Made by a program: the position numbers and the translations under genes
Notes under the pieces: model-generated
The model's database searches: none
The model's input: the letters and a program-made list of their open reading frames with translations, nothing else
Told to the model about the DNA's origin: nothing
Part shown: positions 1 through 8,707 of the stretch, piece by piece
Position numbering within the stretch: position 1 is the stretch's first letter
Layout: each line of letters opens with the position of its first letter
Assembly: GCA_041611735.1 (NCBI GenBank)
Contig: JBFIML010000007.1
Location: 1-64,000, forward strand
Origin: Myxococcota bacterium
GTDB lineage: Bacteria > Myxococcota_A > UBA9160 > PR03
DNA: 64,000 nt
Direction: 5' to 3'

Positions 1-18
1 CTAGAGGCGAGCAGCGGG

Positions 19-846
19 TCAGGGTCGGGCGCTGCGCGCCGCGCGCACCGCCTCGCGGACCCGCCCCGCGCAGCGGGCCAGGAGCTGCGCGGCGCGCACC
101 TCGTCCACGCCCCCGAGGCGCATCACGATGTCCACGGCCCGACGCCGCAGCTTCGCGGAAGACGGCTGCATGTGCGTCATCAAGTTCCCCTGCACGCGGC
201 CCAGGCGCACCATCACCGTGGTGGAGAGCATGTGCAGGATCGCCTTCTGGGCGAGGCCCCCCTTCATGCGGGTGGAGCCGGCGATCACCTCGGGTCCCGT
301 GCGGGGAGCGATGGCGATCTCGGCGCTGGCGGCCAGCGGCGAATCCGGGTCGCAGGTGATGGCGATGCGCCGCGCCCCCACCTCCCGGGCCTGCTCCAGG
401 GCCGCCAGGGCGAAGGGCGTGCGGCCGCTGGCCGAGAGGATCACCACCGCATCGCGCGCGCAGAGCCGGAGCTCGTCGAGGGCGGCACGGGCGGCCGCGC
501 CGTCGTCCTCGGCCCCCTCCACGGCGCGGGCCAGCGCCATCGGGCCGCCGGCGATCACCGCGCAGACGTGCTGTGGATCGAAGCCGAAGGTCGGCGGCAG
601 CTCGGCCGCGTCCAGGGCGCCCATGCGCCCGCTCGTGCCCGCGCCGACGTTGATCCAGCGTCCGCCCCCGGCCAGGGTGCCCACCAGGACCCGGACCGCG
701 TGGGAGACCTCGGGCAGCACCTCGCCCACCGCCGCCAGGGCCCGATGATCCTCGGCGTGGATCGCCGCCAGGATTTCCGGGACGGAGCGCCGGTCCAGGT
801 CCCGGGACGAGTCGAGGACCGCCTCGGTGAGGGGCTCCTCGCTCAC
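19..846 (-). CDS. murQ: N-acetylmuramic acid 6-phosphate etherase
   Basis: SIS-fold motifs GAGTSGRMG-LDAAELPPTFG, EGAED, GPEVIAGSTRMKGG-AQK. GTG start at 846 chosen within the 19..1716 frame. Confidence 0.93.
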   Translation of the reverse strand: MSEEPLTEAVLDSSRDLDRRSVPEILAAIHAEDHRALAAVGEVLPEVSHAVRVLVGTLAGGGRWINVGAGTSGRMGALDAAELPPTFGFDPQHVCAVIAGGPMALARAVEGAEDDGAAARAALDELRLCARDAVVILSASGRTPFALAALEQAREVGARRIAITCDPDSPLAASAEIAIAPRTGPEVIAGSTRMKGGLAQKAILHMLSTTVMVRLGRVQGNLMTHMQPSSAKLRRRAVDIVMRLGGVDEVRAAQLLARCAGRVREAVRAARSARP

Positions 847-968
847 GGCCTGCGGCCCTCGGGGCGAGGCTCGGAATGGGCGGGGGCCTCGCGCGGCAGT
901 GCCAGGGCAGCCCGCAGGGCGAGCGCAAGCCCTCCGAGACGGCAGCTTCCGGCGCGCAAACCCGTCAC
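843..968 (-). CDS. Putative 41-aa small ORF or gene remnant with a signal-peptide-like N-terminus, translationally coupled to murQ
   Basis: GGAGGT Shine-Dalgarno (974-979) lies 5 nt before the GTG. Translation MTGLRAGSCRLGGLALALRAALALPREAPAHSEPRPEGRRP. Its TGA overlaps the murQ GTG (GTGA). Confidence 0.45.
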   Translation of the reverse strand: MTGLRAGSCRLGGLALALRAALALPREAPAHSEPRPEGRRP

Positions 969-1013
969 GATGGACCTCCCCCGCGGTGAGTGGCCACTCC
1001 GCCCCCTGTAGTG

Positions 1014-1745
1014 TCACCCGGAACCGGCTCGGGCGCCCGGGCCGCCTGGCAGCTCGCGAAGGCTCGCCGCCAGGGCCCGCACGATCAGCGGGCGGAGGCG
1101 GGCGCCCGGCACCAGGTGCCGCTGGTTCACCTCGAGCTCGATCCCCACGTAGAGACGCGGGCCGAAGCGGCGCCGCAGGGCCGTGGTGAGCCCGTCGTCG
1201 CGCCCCCGGTAGGGATGGTTGCGGCGCAGCCGCAGCTGCGGGGCGCTCCCCAGCAGGAGCGCCCGCCAGCGGGCGCACAGCGCCCGCTCGCGCCGCCGCC
1301 CGGGGTCGTAGAGCAGGGCCACATCGGTGCGGCGCGACCCGCCCGCGTGGAACGGCGTGAAGCTGTGCACGGCCAGGTGCAGGGTCCGTCGTCCGGCGCG
1401 CACCCGCCGCGCCACGGCCTCTGCCACGGCCCGACGATGCGGCTGGTAGTGGCGCGCCACGATGCGCTGCTTCTCCCCGGCGGGAAGCGGCGCAGTGAAC
1501 TCCGAGAAGACGCGGGGATGGCCGAGAGAGCGGTTCAGATCCACCAGCAGCCGCGTCACGCGGGCGGCGTGGAGCGGCGCCCCCGACCCGTGCGCCAGCC
1601 TTCGCGCCAGAGCGAGGGCCCCGGGGTCCCAGCCCCGGTGGCTGGCCAGCACGGCACGCGCGTTCCGGAACAGCGCGGCATAGCGGGCCGGGACCCGGTT
1701 TCCGCCGTGCTCGCACGAGACGACGAGCGCGTCAAAGGCCGGCAC
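1014..1745 (-). CDS. N-formylglutamate amidohydrolase (FGase) family Zn-hydrolase
   Basis: Motifs SCEHGGN, HRGWDPG, RLLVDLNR, HSFTP, IELEVNQ. Confidence 0.85.
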   Translation of the reverse strand: MPAFDALVVSCEHGGNRVPARYAALFRNARAVLASHRGWDPGALALARRLAHGSGAPLHAARVTRLLVDLNRSLGHPRVFSEFTAPLPAGEKQRIVARHYQPHRRAVAEAVARRVRAGRRTLHLAVHSFTPFHAGGSRRTDVALLYDPGRRRERALCARWRALLLGSAPQLRLRRNHPYRGRDDGLTTALRRRFGPRLYVGIELEVNQRHLVPGARLRPLIVRALAASLRELPGGPGARAGSG

Positions 1746-2982
1746 GAAACAAGCGCCCCTCGGCGAGGCAGCGCCGCAGCTCGTCCCAGGTCTCCGCCAG
1801 GCGTGGCCGGCCCGGTGCCGGACCGAGCCGCTTGCGCAGCCGACGCGCCAGGCAACCCTCCTCGAGGATCGTGGTGAGTGCGGGCTCCCACTCGGCGAAG
1901 CCCGGCTCGCTAGCGAGCGTCTCCTCGACCAGATGCCGCCAGACCTCGCCGGCCCGGGCGGGAGCCGGACCCCGGAAGCCGAGCGCCCGCAGGTACGCCG
2001 CGTCCTCGATGCGAGCCTGCTCCGCCTCCCGCACCGTCCCGTGCAGGATCGCCGCCAGCCGCTCCACCCCCCAGGCGCGTTGCTCCGCCCGGGGTGCGAA
2101 GCGCTCCTCCACCAGCGCCCGGGTGGCAGCCGTCACCGCCGCCGCCACCGCCAGGTCCGCCACCGGGCACTCCTGCACGTCCAGCAGGCGGACCTCGATG
2201 GCACCGCGGTCGAAGCGGGCGATGGCGCCCCGCGCGTTCACCCACTCGTGGTGCAGCAGGCCCTCCGGGTCCCGGCTGGCCAGCTCGTCGTAGATGCGCC
2301 GCAGCACCCCGTCCTCGTACTCGGCCCGCGTGAAGAGGGGCTCCGGGATCACGGCCCCCACCACGGCGGGGACCTCCCGGGCGTGGGCCCGGTAGGCCTC
2401 GAGGCGCGCGTCCAGCACCTCGGCGAGCTGCCCCTCCACCACCGGGGAGCTGGCGGCCAGCGCCGGCAGGATCGGCAGCAGCAGGCGCAGCGCCGCGTGC
2501 AGGCGCCCGAACTCCTCGTCGTCGCCGAAGGGGAGATTCACGTGCGTGCTCTGCACGTTGGCCCAGCCGTGCTCCGCGCAGCCGAAGATGCCATCGAAGC
2601 GCTGGTAGACCGCAGCGTACTCGTGGGGCCACAGGCGGAGCTCGCGGGAGGGATCCATCCACGGGTGCATGCCCGAGGGCAGGAGCACCGCTCCGAAGGG
2701 CTCCAGCAGGCGGTTGGCCCGCACCACGCTGGCCTGGAACTCCCGGGCCAGCCCGCGCAGATCCTTCACGGGGCCGTTCGTCTTCATCTCGATCAGGTGC
2801 AGGACCAGCTCGTTCGACCAGGCCACGGCGCCCAGCTCCACCTCCGACTCGTAGGCTCCACATTGCGCCCGGATCAGCTCGTCGGCGATCGGCCGCACGT
2901 CCAACGTGGCGCGGTCCACGATCATGTACTCGATCTCGATGCCGACCACCTCGAACAGGCGATGGAGAAAGGGAGGCGTCAC
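1732..2982 (-). CDS. Glutamate-cysteine ligase family 2 (GCS2) carboxylate-amine ligase
   Basis: Motifs GIEIEYMIVD, GMHPWMDP, QSTHVNLP, ALAASSP, AIEVRLLDVQ. The GTG at 2982 overlaps the upstream TGA. Confidence 0.85.
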   Translation of the reverse strand: MTPPFLHRLFEVVGIEIEYMIVDRATLDVRPIADELIRAQCGAYESEVELGAVAWSNELVLHLIEMKTNGPVKDLRGLAREFQASVVRANRLLEPFGAVLLPSGMHPWMDPSRELRLWPHEYAAVYQRFDGIFGCAEHGWANVQSTHVNLPFGDDEEFGRLHAALRLLLPILPALAASSPVVEGQLAEVLDARLEAYRAHAREVPAVVGAVIPEPLFTRAEYEDGVLRRIYDELASRDPEGLLHHEWVNARGAIARFDRGAIEVRLLDVQECPVADLAVAAAVTAATRALVEERFAPRAEQRAWGVERLAAILHGTVREAEQARIEDAAYLRALGFRGPAPARAGEVWRHLVEETLASEPGFAEWEPALTTILEEGCLARRLRKRLGPAPGRPRLAETWDELRRCLAEGRLFRAGL

Positions 2983-4451
2983 GGAGAGCCCTCCTTCACC
3001 CCGCGCGCGTCGAGGCGCTCCCGGAACGTACGCATCACCGCCAGGTACAGCTCCTCCTTCAGCACCGCGTCCTCGCAGCCCACGTCGAGGTTCGGGTTGT
3101 CGTTCACCTCCATCACCACGAGGCGCCCGTTGCTCTGCTTCACGTCGACGCCGTACAGCCCGTCTCCCATGCGCCTGGCCGCCCGCACTGCCAACGCCAC
3201 CGCCTGGGCCGGGGCCGCCTCGATGGCCAGCGTCTCCACCCGCCCGTAGCGGCGCTCGCCGCGGGCCTCGTGGTCGATGATCTGCCAGTGCCCGCGGGCC
3301 ATGTGGTACTTGCAGGCGTAGAGCGCACGCCCGTTCAGCACCCCGATGCGCCAATCGAACCCGGAGGGCACGAACTCCTGCGCGATCACGAGCTCCGAGT
3401 GCTCGAAGAACTCCTCGAGCTTCGCCTGCAGGTCCCGCTCGTCCTCCACCCGCACCACCCCGTGGGAGAAGGAGCTGTCGGGCCGCTTGAGCACCAGCGG
3501 GAGGCCGAGCTGGGCCACCAGCTCGGTGCGGTTGCCCTGGTGCACCACCAGGGTGCGCGGACACGGGATCCCGCTGCGGGCGAAGACCTCGGCCTGGAAC
3601 ACCTTGTTGGTGCAGCGCACGATCGACTCCGGATCGTCGATCACCACCAGCCCCTCGGCAGCGGCCCGCCGCGCGAAGCGATAGGTGTGATGGTCCACGT
3701 AGGTGGTCTCGCGCAGGAAGAGCGCGTCGAACTCGGCGATGCGCCCGTAGTCGTCGCGGTCGATCACCGTGGCCTGGATGCCCAGGCGGTCCGCGGCGCG
3801 CACGAAGCAACGGATCGCCCGCTCGTCGGACGGACTGTCGAGCTGCTGCGGATCGTGCAGGATGGCCAGATCGTAGCGCGCCGCCTGGCGGGGCCGGACC
3901 GCATGGCGCGGCCGCGCGAAGTACTCCTCCGCCTGCTCGATCACGAACTCCCGATGACCTGGCGGGATCTCGCTGGAGGCGATGGCCCGCATGCCCTGGA
4001 GCTTCCAGCCTCCGTCCCGGGCGAAGCTGGCACGCAGGAAGGGAGCCGGGAACTGGTTGAAGAGTGCCCGGCTGAGGCGGTCGTAGCGTCGCGCCACGTT
4101 GCGCCCGAAGTAGATGCTGAGCTCGAAGGCGGAGCCCTTGAGGGGCGCCAGGCTGCGCTCGATCTGCTCCTCGAGATCCTCCCCCACGATGCGGATCACG
4201 GGCGACAGGCGCAGGTCCTGCAGGGTCGCCACCGACGGCAGCGGCTTGTGTCCGCGGGCCGCCGCCAGCAGCGAGACGTAGTAGCCGACCGTCTGGTAGC
4301 CGTAGGTCCGGCACAGGTTGAAGACCGTGGCCTTGCGCAGGTCGAGGTAGCGCGGGTCGGTGAGGTAGGCGCGCGCGGTCACCACCTCGGTGCGGGGTGG
4401 CAGGTGCAGCGGCCAGCTGCCGGGACTCTCCACCACCACCAGCGGAATCAT
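2979..4451 (-). CDS. RimK-family ATP-grasp peptide ligase with N-terminal RLAN domain
   Basis: N-terminal NLCRTYGYQTVGYYVSLLAAARGHKPLPSV (RLAN-like). ATP-grasp motifs CTNK, LKRPDSSFSHGV, QEFVP-FDWRIGVL, YGVDVK, EVNDNPN. ATG at 4451 forms an ATGA overlap. Confidence 0.88.
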   Translation of the reverse strand: MIPLVVVESPGSWPLHLPPRTEVVTARAYLTDPRYLDLRKATVFNLCRTYGYQTVGYYVSLLAAARGHKPLPSVATLQDLRLSPVIRIVGEDLEEQIERSLAPLKGSAFELSIYFGRNVARRYDRLSRALFNQFPAPFLRASFARDGGWKLQGMRAIASSEIPPGHREFVIEQAEEYFARPRHAVRPRQAARYDLAILHDPQQLDSPSDERAIRCFVRAADRLGIQATVIDRDDYGRIAEFDALFLRETTYVDHHTYRFARRAAAEGLVVIDDPESIVRCTNKVFQAEVFARSGIPCPRTLVVHQGNRTELVAQLGLPLVLKRPDSSFSHGVVRVEDERDLQAKLEEFFEHSELVIAQEFVPSGFDWRIGVLNGRALYACKYHMARGHWQIIDHEARGERRYGRVETLAIEAAPAQAVALAVRAARRMGDGLYGVDVKQSNGRLVVMEVNDNPNLDVGCEDAVLKEELYLAVMRTFRERLDARGVKEGSP

Positions 4452-5170
4452 GATGCCTCCCCGCGGCCCGCGGTTGGCTCCAGCACCAGGAGGTTGGCGT
4501 CGTAGGTGAGCACGCCCAGGCAGATGGCTCCCAGCAGCCGCTCCATGCCGACCTCGTAGAGGTGCCGGCCCGAGAGCGGGTTCTCGTGCTGGGGATCGGC
4601 CACCAGCGCCTGCCGGGTCGCGGCGTCGTAGCCGCACAGCACCACGAAGTGGCCCGTGGGCCGGCCGGCCACGTCGTCGTAGACGAGCTCGTGGTCGCCC
4701 CGCTCGCGGGCGCAGCCGTACAGATAGGTGGCCGAGAGGCCGGTCAGGATCGGCCACCCGCGCTCCAGCTGGCTCCGGATCAGCTCGCTTCCGAGCTCCT
4801 CGAAGCGCAGGCGTCCGCCGCGGGCCAGGAACTCGCGGTAGGCGCGGGTGGCCTGGCGCAGCTTCCGGCCGCGCTTGGCCCGCGCCTGGGCAGCCAGCCG
4901 CCCGGCGAGGTCCACGTCGCCGGCGAACCAGGTGGGATCGAAGAGCTCCAGGTTGTAGGTGTAGATGGTGGCGCGGTAGCCGCGGGCGAGCGCGTGACAG
5001 GCGAGGTGGACGGCCAGGGTCCCCCCGGTCTCGAGGGGCTCCACCTCCGCCACCAGCCGGGACAGCGGGACCCGATCGCCGTAGAAGGCGTAGACCGCCT
5101 GGAGGCAGGTGGGCCCGCAGGTCGAATCGTCGGGCTGCGGGAGGATGTCGAAGCCGAGCCGGCTCTCCAT
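4448..5170 (-). CDS. Papain-fold C39-like cysteine peptidase
   Basis: QPDDSTCGPTCL (oxyanion Q, catalytic C), GHFVV (H) and VADP (D). ATG at 5170. Confidence 0.8.
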   Translation of the reverse strand: MESRLGFDILPQPDDSTCGPTCLQAVYAFYGDRVPLSRLVAEVEPLETGGTLAVHLACHALARGYRATIYTYNLELFDPTWFAGDVDLAGRLAAQARAKRGRKLRQATRAYREFLARGGRLRFEELGSELIRSQLERGWPILTGLSATYLYGCARERGDHELVYDDVAGRPTGHFVVLCGYDAATRQALVADPQHENPLSGRHLYEVGMERLLGAICLGVLTYDANLLVLEPTAGRGEAS

Positions 5171-5292
5171 GGCGCGTCTTTCGTCCCGCCGCGCGCCGGA
5201 GAGGGAACGGCGCCTCGAGATCCGTGCGGGTCGGCCCGTAGAGTAGGGCTTCGCCGCGGCGGGGAAAGAGCGTGGCGGTGCAGGGGGTGCGT

Positions 5293-7071
5293 TCATGCGT
5301 CCGGGTCCGACCGCACGCCCCGCCAGCGCGCCTCGCCCTCGAGGAGCTTGCGCTCGAGCTCGGCCGCCTCCATGGGCCGGTCGAACAGGTAGCCCTGCAT
5401 CAGGCGGCAGCCGAAGCCGCGCAGCGTGTCGCGCTGCGCTTCGGTCTCCACCCCCTCGGCGATCACTTCGAGGCCGAGCCCCTGCCCCATGCGAACCAGG
5501 GCCCGGGTGATGGTGGCGTCCGCCGCCTCCGAGACGACCCCCCGCACGAAGGAGCGGTCGATCTTGATCACGTCCACGGGCAGGCGCTTGAGCGCCGTCA
5601 GCGAGGAGTAGCCCGTGCCGAAGTCGTCGATCGCCACCCGGACGCCCAGCTTGCGGGCCACGAGCAACGCGGCCAGCGTGACGCCGCGCTCCCGCATGAC
5701 GCTGCTCTCGGTGATTTCGAGCTCGAGACGCTCCGGCTCCAGGCCGCTCTCGCGCAGGGCTCGACTCACCACGCTCGCGAACCCCTTGTGGCCGAGCTGG
5801 CGGCTGGAGACGTTGACGGCCAGCCGCAGATTGCTGGCGCCAGCCGCGATCCAGCGCGCCGCGTCCGCACAGGCCGTGCGCAGCACCCATTCGCCCACCG
5901 CGTTGATTACACCGGTCTCCTCGGCCACCGGGATGAATGCCGCAGGGGACACCACGCCCCGGCGCGGGTGGCGCCAGCGCACCAGGGCCTCGACGCCGAA
6001 CACCTCGCCCGATTCCACATCGATCTGGGGCTGGTAGTGGACGAAGATCTCGTTGCGCTCCAGCGCCTCGCGCAGCCCGGTCTCGATCTCGAGCCGCTCC
6101 AGCGCTGCGGCGTTCATCCCGTCGGCATAGAAGCGGTAGCGATTCGGTCCCTGGCTCTTGGCGTGGAACAGGGCCGCGTCGGCGTTGCGCAGCAGGGTGT
6201 CGGCGTCGGCCCCATCCCGCGGGTACACGACGACCCCGATCGTGGTGGTGATCCAGTACTCGCGTTCGCCCAGGCGGTAGGGCCGGGCCAACGCCTCCAG
6301 GAGGTGATCCGCCACCTTGGCCGGGTCGTAGTCCCGGCGCAGGTCCGGCAACATCACCACGAACTCGTCTCCACCCGCACGCGCCACGAGATCGCTCTCG
6401 CGAACGACCGCTGTGAGCCGCTCGGCTACCGCCTTGAGCAGCTCGTCCCCGAAGGCGTGGCTGAGGGTGTCGTTGATGGCCTTGAAGCGGTCGAGGTCCA
6501 GGACCATGACCGCCAGGTACGAGCGGTTGCGCGAGGCGGAGGCCAGGGCGCGCCGCAGCTGGTCGTGGAAGGCCCAGCGATTGGCGAGTCCGGTCAGGCC
6601 ATCGTGGGTGGCGAGGTAGAACTCGCGTTGCCGGGCCAGGGACAGATCCCGGAGCATGCGTTGGCGCTCCACCGCGTGCCGCAGGGTGCGGATCACCAGA
6701 CGGGAGTCCGAGGCGGCGTCGATCAGGTAGTCGTGGGCGCCGAGCCGCAGGGCGCGCACCGCCTGGGCTTCGTCCTCCTCGCCCGTCAGCACGACGATGG
6801 GCACCTCCTGGGAGACTGCGCGAGCGCTGGCCAGGGCGTCGAGCCCCGCCGCGTCGGCGGCGCGCAGGTCCAGCAGCACCACCTCCACGGCGGCGTCCTG
6901 CTCGAGCTGCTGCAGGCCCTCCTTCAGGCTCGTCGTCTCCAGGACCTCGAAGAGGCAGGCCCGGGACTCGCTCAGGTGCTGGCGGACGCGGGCGGCGACG
7001 GCCGGGTCGGAGACGATCAGGAGCAGCCGGATCGAGGCCGGCAGCGGGTCGACGTGCGGAATCTGGCTCAC
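5293..7071 (-). CDS. REC-GGDEF-EAL c-di-GMP cyclase/phosphodiesterase
   Basis: Receiver-like N-terminus (VVLLDL, PIVVLTG, GAHDYL), then HDGLTGLANR, GGDEF, YQPQ, EALVRW, DDFGTGYSSL, KIDRSF, AEGVET, MQGY. Confidence 0.93.
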   Translation of the reverse strand: MSQIPHVDPLPASIRLLLIVSDPAVAARVRQHLSESRACLFEVLETTSLKEGLQQLEQDAAVEVVLLDLRAADAAGLDALASARAVSQEVPIVVLTGEEDEAQAVRALRLGAHDYLIDAASDSRLVIRTLRHAVERQRMLRDLSLARQREFYLATHDGLTGLANRWAFHDQLRRALASASRNRSYLAVMVLDLDRFKAINDTLSHAFGDELLKAVAERLTAVVRESDLVARAGGDEFVVMLPDLRRDYDPAKVADHLLEALARPYRLGEREYWITTTIGVVVYPRDGADADTLLRNADAALFHAKSQGPNRYRFYADGMNAAALERLEIETGLREALERNEIFVHYQPQIDVESGEVFGVEALVRWRHPRRGVVSPAAFIPVAEETGVINAVGEWVLRTACADAARWIAAGASNLRLAVNVSSRQLGHKGFASVVSRALRESGLEPERLELEITESSVMRERGVTLAALLVARKLGVRVAIDDFGTGYSSLTALKRLPVDVIKIDRSFVRGVVSEAADATITRALVRMGQGLGLEVIAEGVETEAQRDTLRGFGCRLMQGYLFDRPMEAAELERKLLEGEARWRGVRSDPDA

Positions 7072-7148
7072 CCTGGCCCTCTCCCGGCGGCTCGGGCACG
7101 CGCCCACGCCGGGCCTCCGCCCGGGTGGACACTGCCCGTGCTCCCGGC

Positions 7149-7176
7149 GTATCGGCCGGCCCGGGCATGGCTTTGA
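7149..7176 (-). promoter_or_regulatory. Putative sigma28 (FliA/WhiG-type) promoter for the REC-GGDEF-EAL gene
   Basis: Minus strand reads TCAAA-N15-GCCGATAC, compared with consensus TAAA-N15-GCCGATAA. Confidence 0.6.
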
Positions 7177-7197
7177 GGCGGCGCCCCGCGGGGATGG

Positions 7198-8379
7198 CTA
7201 GCCCGGGGGGCGGAACAGGCCGAAGGCGCTCGTGTAGCCGTGCAGGAAGGTGCGGCCCTGCACCGGGCCGATCTCGCCGTTGCAGAAGAAGCCCCCGAGC
7301 GGGACGTCGCCCACGTGGGCCCGAAAGGCGCTCGCATCGTGGTCCGGCCGTCCGTAGAGGTGGAGGCCACGGCCGAGGCACGAGAAGAGCAAGGCGCCCT
7401 CCGGCGGTGCGGTGCCGGCCTGCTGGGTCACGTAGCGGGCCAGGCGTTGGTCCAGATCCTGGGCGGAGGCGCGGGCGTCGCGCAGGTGGAACTGCACCAC
7501 CTGACCCACCCGCAGCTGCGCACCCACCACGAGGCCGCCCCGCTCCGCGTCGATCCCGACCAGGTTGCGGACCAGGAAGTCCCCGGCCCGGTACTCCGAC
7601 TGTTCCGCGCGCATCTCGACCCCGAGGAAGAGCGAGGTCCTCAGCAGCGTGCGGTCGGCGGACGGCAGGCGTTCGTAGAGGCCCTGCAGCACCTCCGTGG
7701 CCCGGCTGCCGTCCAGCTCCAGCAGCACGTTGCCCCGGCTGCGCGTCACGAACAGGGGCTGACCGATGGGACGGCAGCCCTGGGCGACGATCGCCTCCAC
7801 CACGAGATCCCCGCGCAGGGCGACGCCCACCAGACCGCCGCGGTAGACCTCGTCTCCCAGGAAGAGCGCGTTCTCGCCTGCGCGCACGCCGCCGCTGGCG
7901 AGCCCTCCGATCTTCACGCTGCCCGGGAGCTGCGCATCGAGGGTCTCGACCAGGCCCTCCGCGTCGCAGGTGAAGGGGTCGGCCAGCAGCACCAGGTGGG
8001 CCGGGTGCTGGGAGTCGACGGGCGATGCGTCGTCCCAGGCGGTGGGGTCCGCGTCCGAGGCCGCCTCCTCGCCCAGCCGGATGGGGCCCACGTCCACGCC
8101 CGGCAGGCGGGCTGCCGTGAGCGAGAGTCCGGGCTGCGCCTCGATCTCGCGGCCCTCGCCGATCACGCTGCGGGCCGAGCAGCCCACCAGCAGCGCGGTC
8201 CCCCACGCCTCCCGAACCCGCTCCATGAGCCGCTCGTCCTCGGAGACGTGGTGCGGCGTCACGAACAGCAGCACGAGGTCGGGCGTGGCGCGTCCGAGCC
8301 GCCGTTGCACCCCAGCCACCGCCTCCTCGAACGCCGCCTCCGTGTCGGCGCGCTCCGAGATGCCCGAGGCCCACTTCAC
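7198..8379 (-). CDS. FIST N/C-domain sensory protein (NosP-like family)
   Basis: LVGCSA, GGLASGG, VAQGCRPIG, VQFHLRD, ALLFSCLGRG, GFFCNGEIGPV, LHGYTS. Confidence 0.9.
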   Translation of the reverse strand: MKWASGISERADTEAAFEEAVAGVQRRLGRATPDLVLLFVTPHHVSEDERLMERVREAWGTALLVGCSARSVIGEGREIEAQPGLSLTAARLPGVDVGPIRLGEEAASDADPTAWDDASPVDSQHPAHLVLLADPFTCDAEGLVETLDAQLPGSVKIGGLASGGVRAGENALFLGDEVYRGGLVGVALRGDLVVEAIVAQGCRPIGQPLFVTRSRGNVLLELDGSRATEVLQGLYERLPSADRTLLRTSLFLGVEMRAEQSEYRAGDFLVRNLVGIDAERGGLVVGAQLRVGQVVQFHLRDARASAQDLDQRLARYVTQQAGTAPPEGALLFSCLGRGLHLYGRPDHDASAFRAHVGDVPLGGFFCNGEIGPVQGRTFLHGYTSAFGLFRPPG

Positions 8380-8440
8380 CCGCCGTTCCCCCTTCTCCGC
8401 CGTGCTGGAAGTGTACCGGGCCGACGCGCCGCCGCGCTCC

Positions 8441-8707
8441 TCAGCGGCTCCGGCAGACCAGCGAGCGCGGCATGCTGCGCTCGCAGTCCAGGGTGGCGGT
8501 CACGCCCTGGGCCAGGGGCGCGCAGGCGGTGGCCACCGCCAGCCGCTCCGCCTCGGCGCGATCCCCGGCCACGGCCGTCCGGCACAGCGAGCGGCCCTCG
8601 TGCGCCATGCACGCCTCGCACTCGACGACCGCCTGGGAGAGGGTGATGGCGTAGAGCAGAGCGATCCCCGCCAGCACCAGCCCCCCGACGAGAAGTCCGC
8701 GCCTCAC
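8441..8707 (-). CDS. Small membrane-anchored hypothetical protein with 6 Cys
   Basis: The GTG at 8707 overlaps the symporter TGA. N-terminal hydrophobic helix, then CEAC...C...C...C...C. 88 aa. Confidence 0.7.
   Translation of the reverse strand: MRRGLLVGGLVLAGIALLYAITLSQAVVECEACMAHEGRSLCRTAVAGDRAEAERLAVATACAPLAQGVTATLDCERSMPRSLVCRSR

Noticed and set aside
4448-8374. 1308-aa ORF and similar very long N-terminal extensions (19..1716, 1732..4314, 23203..26988, 43512..45758)
   Set aside because: These are Arg/Pro/Gly-rich off-frame read-through caused by stop-codon scarcity at high GC. Only the C-terminal parts carry family motifs, so the starts were re-assigned.
8594-8625. CEACMAH as a heme c binding motif
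   Set aside because: The spacing is CxxCxxH, not CxxCH. Disulfides are more likely.
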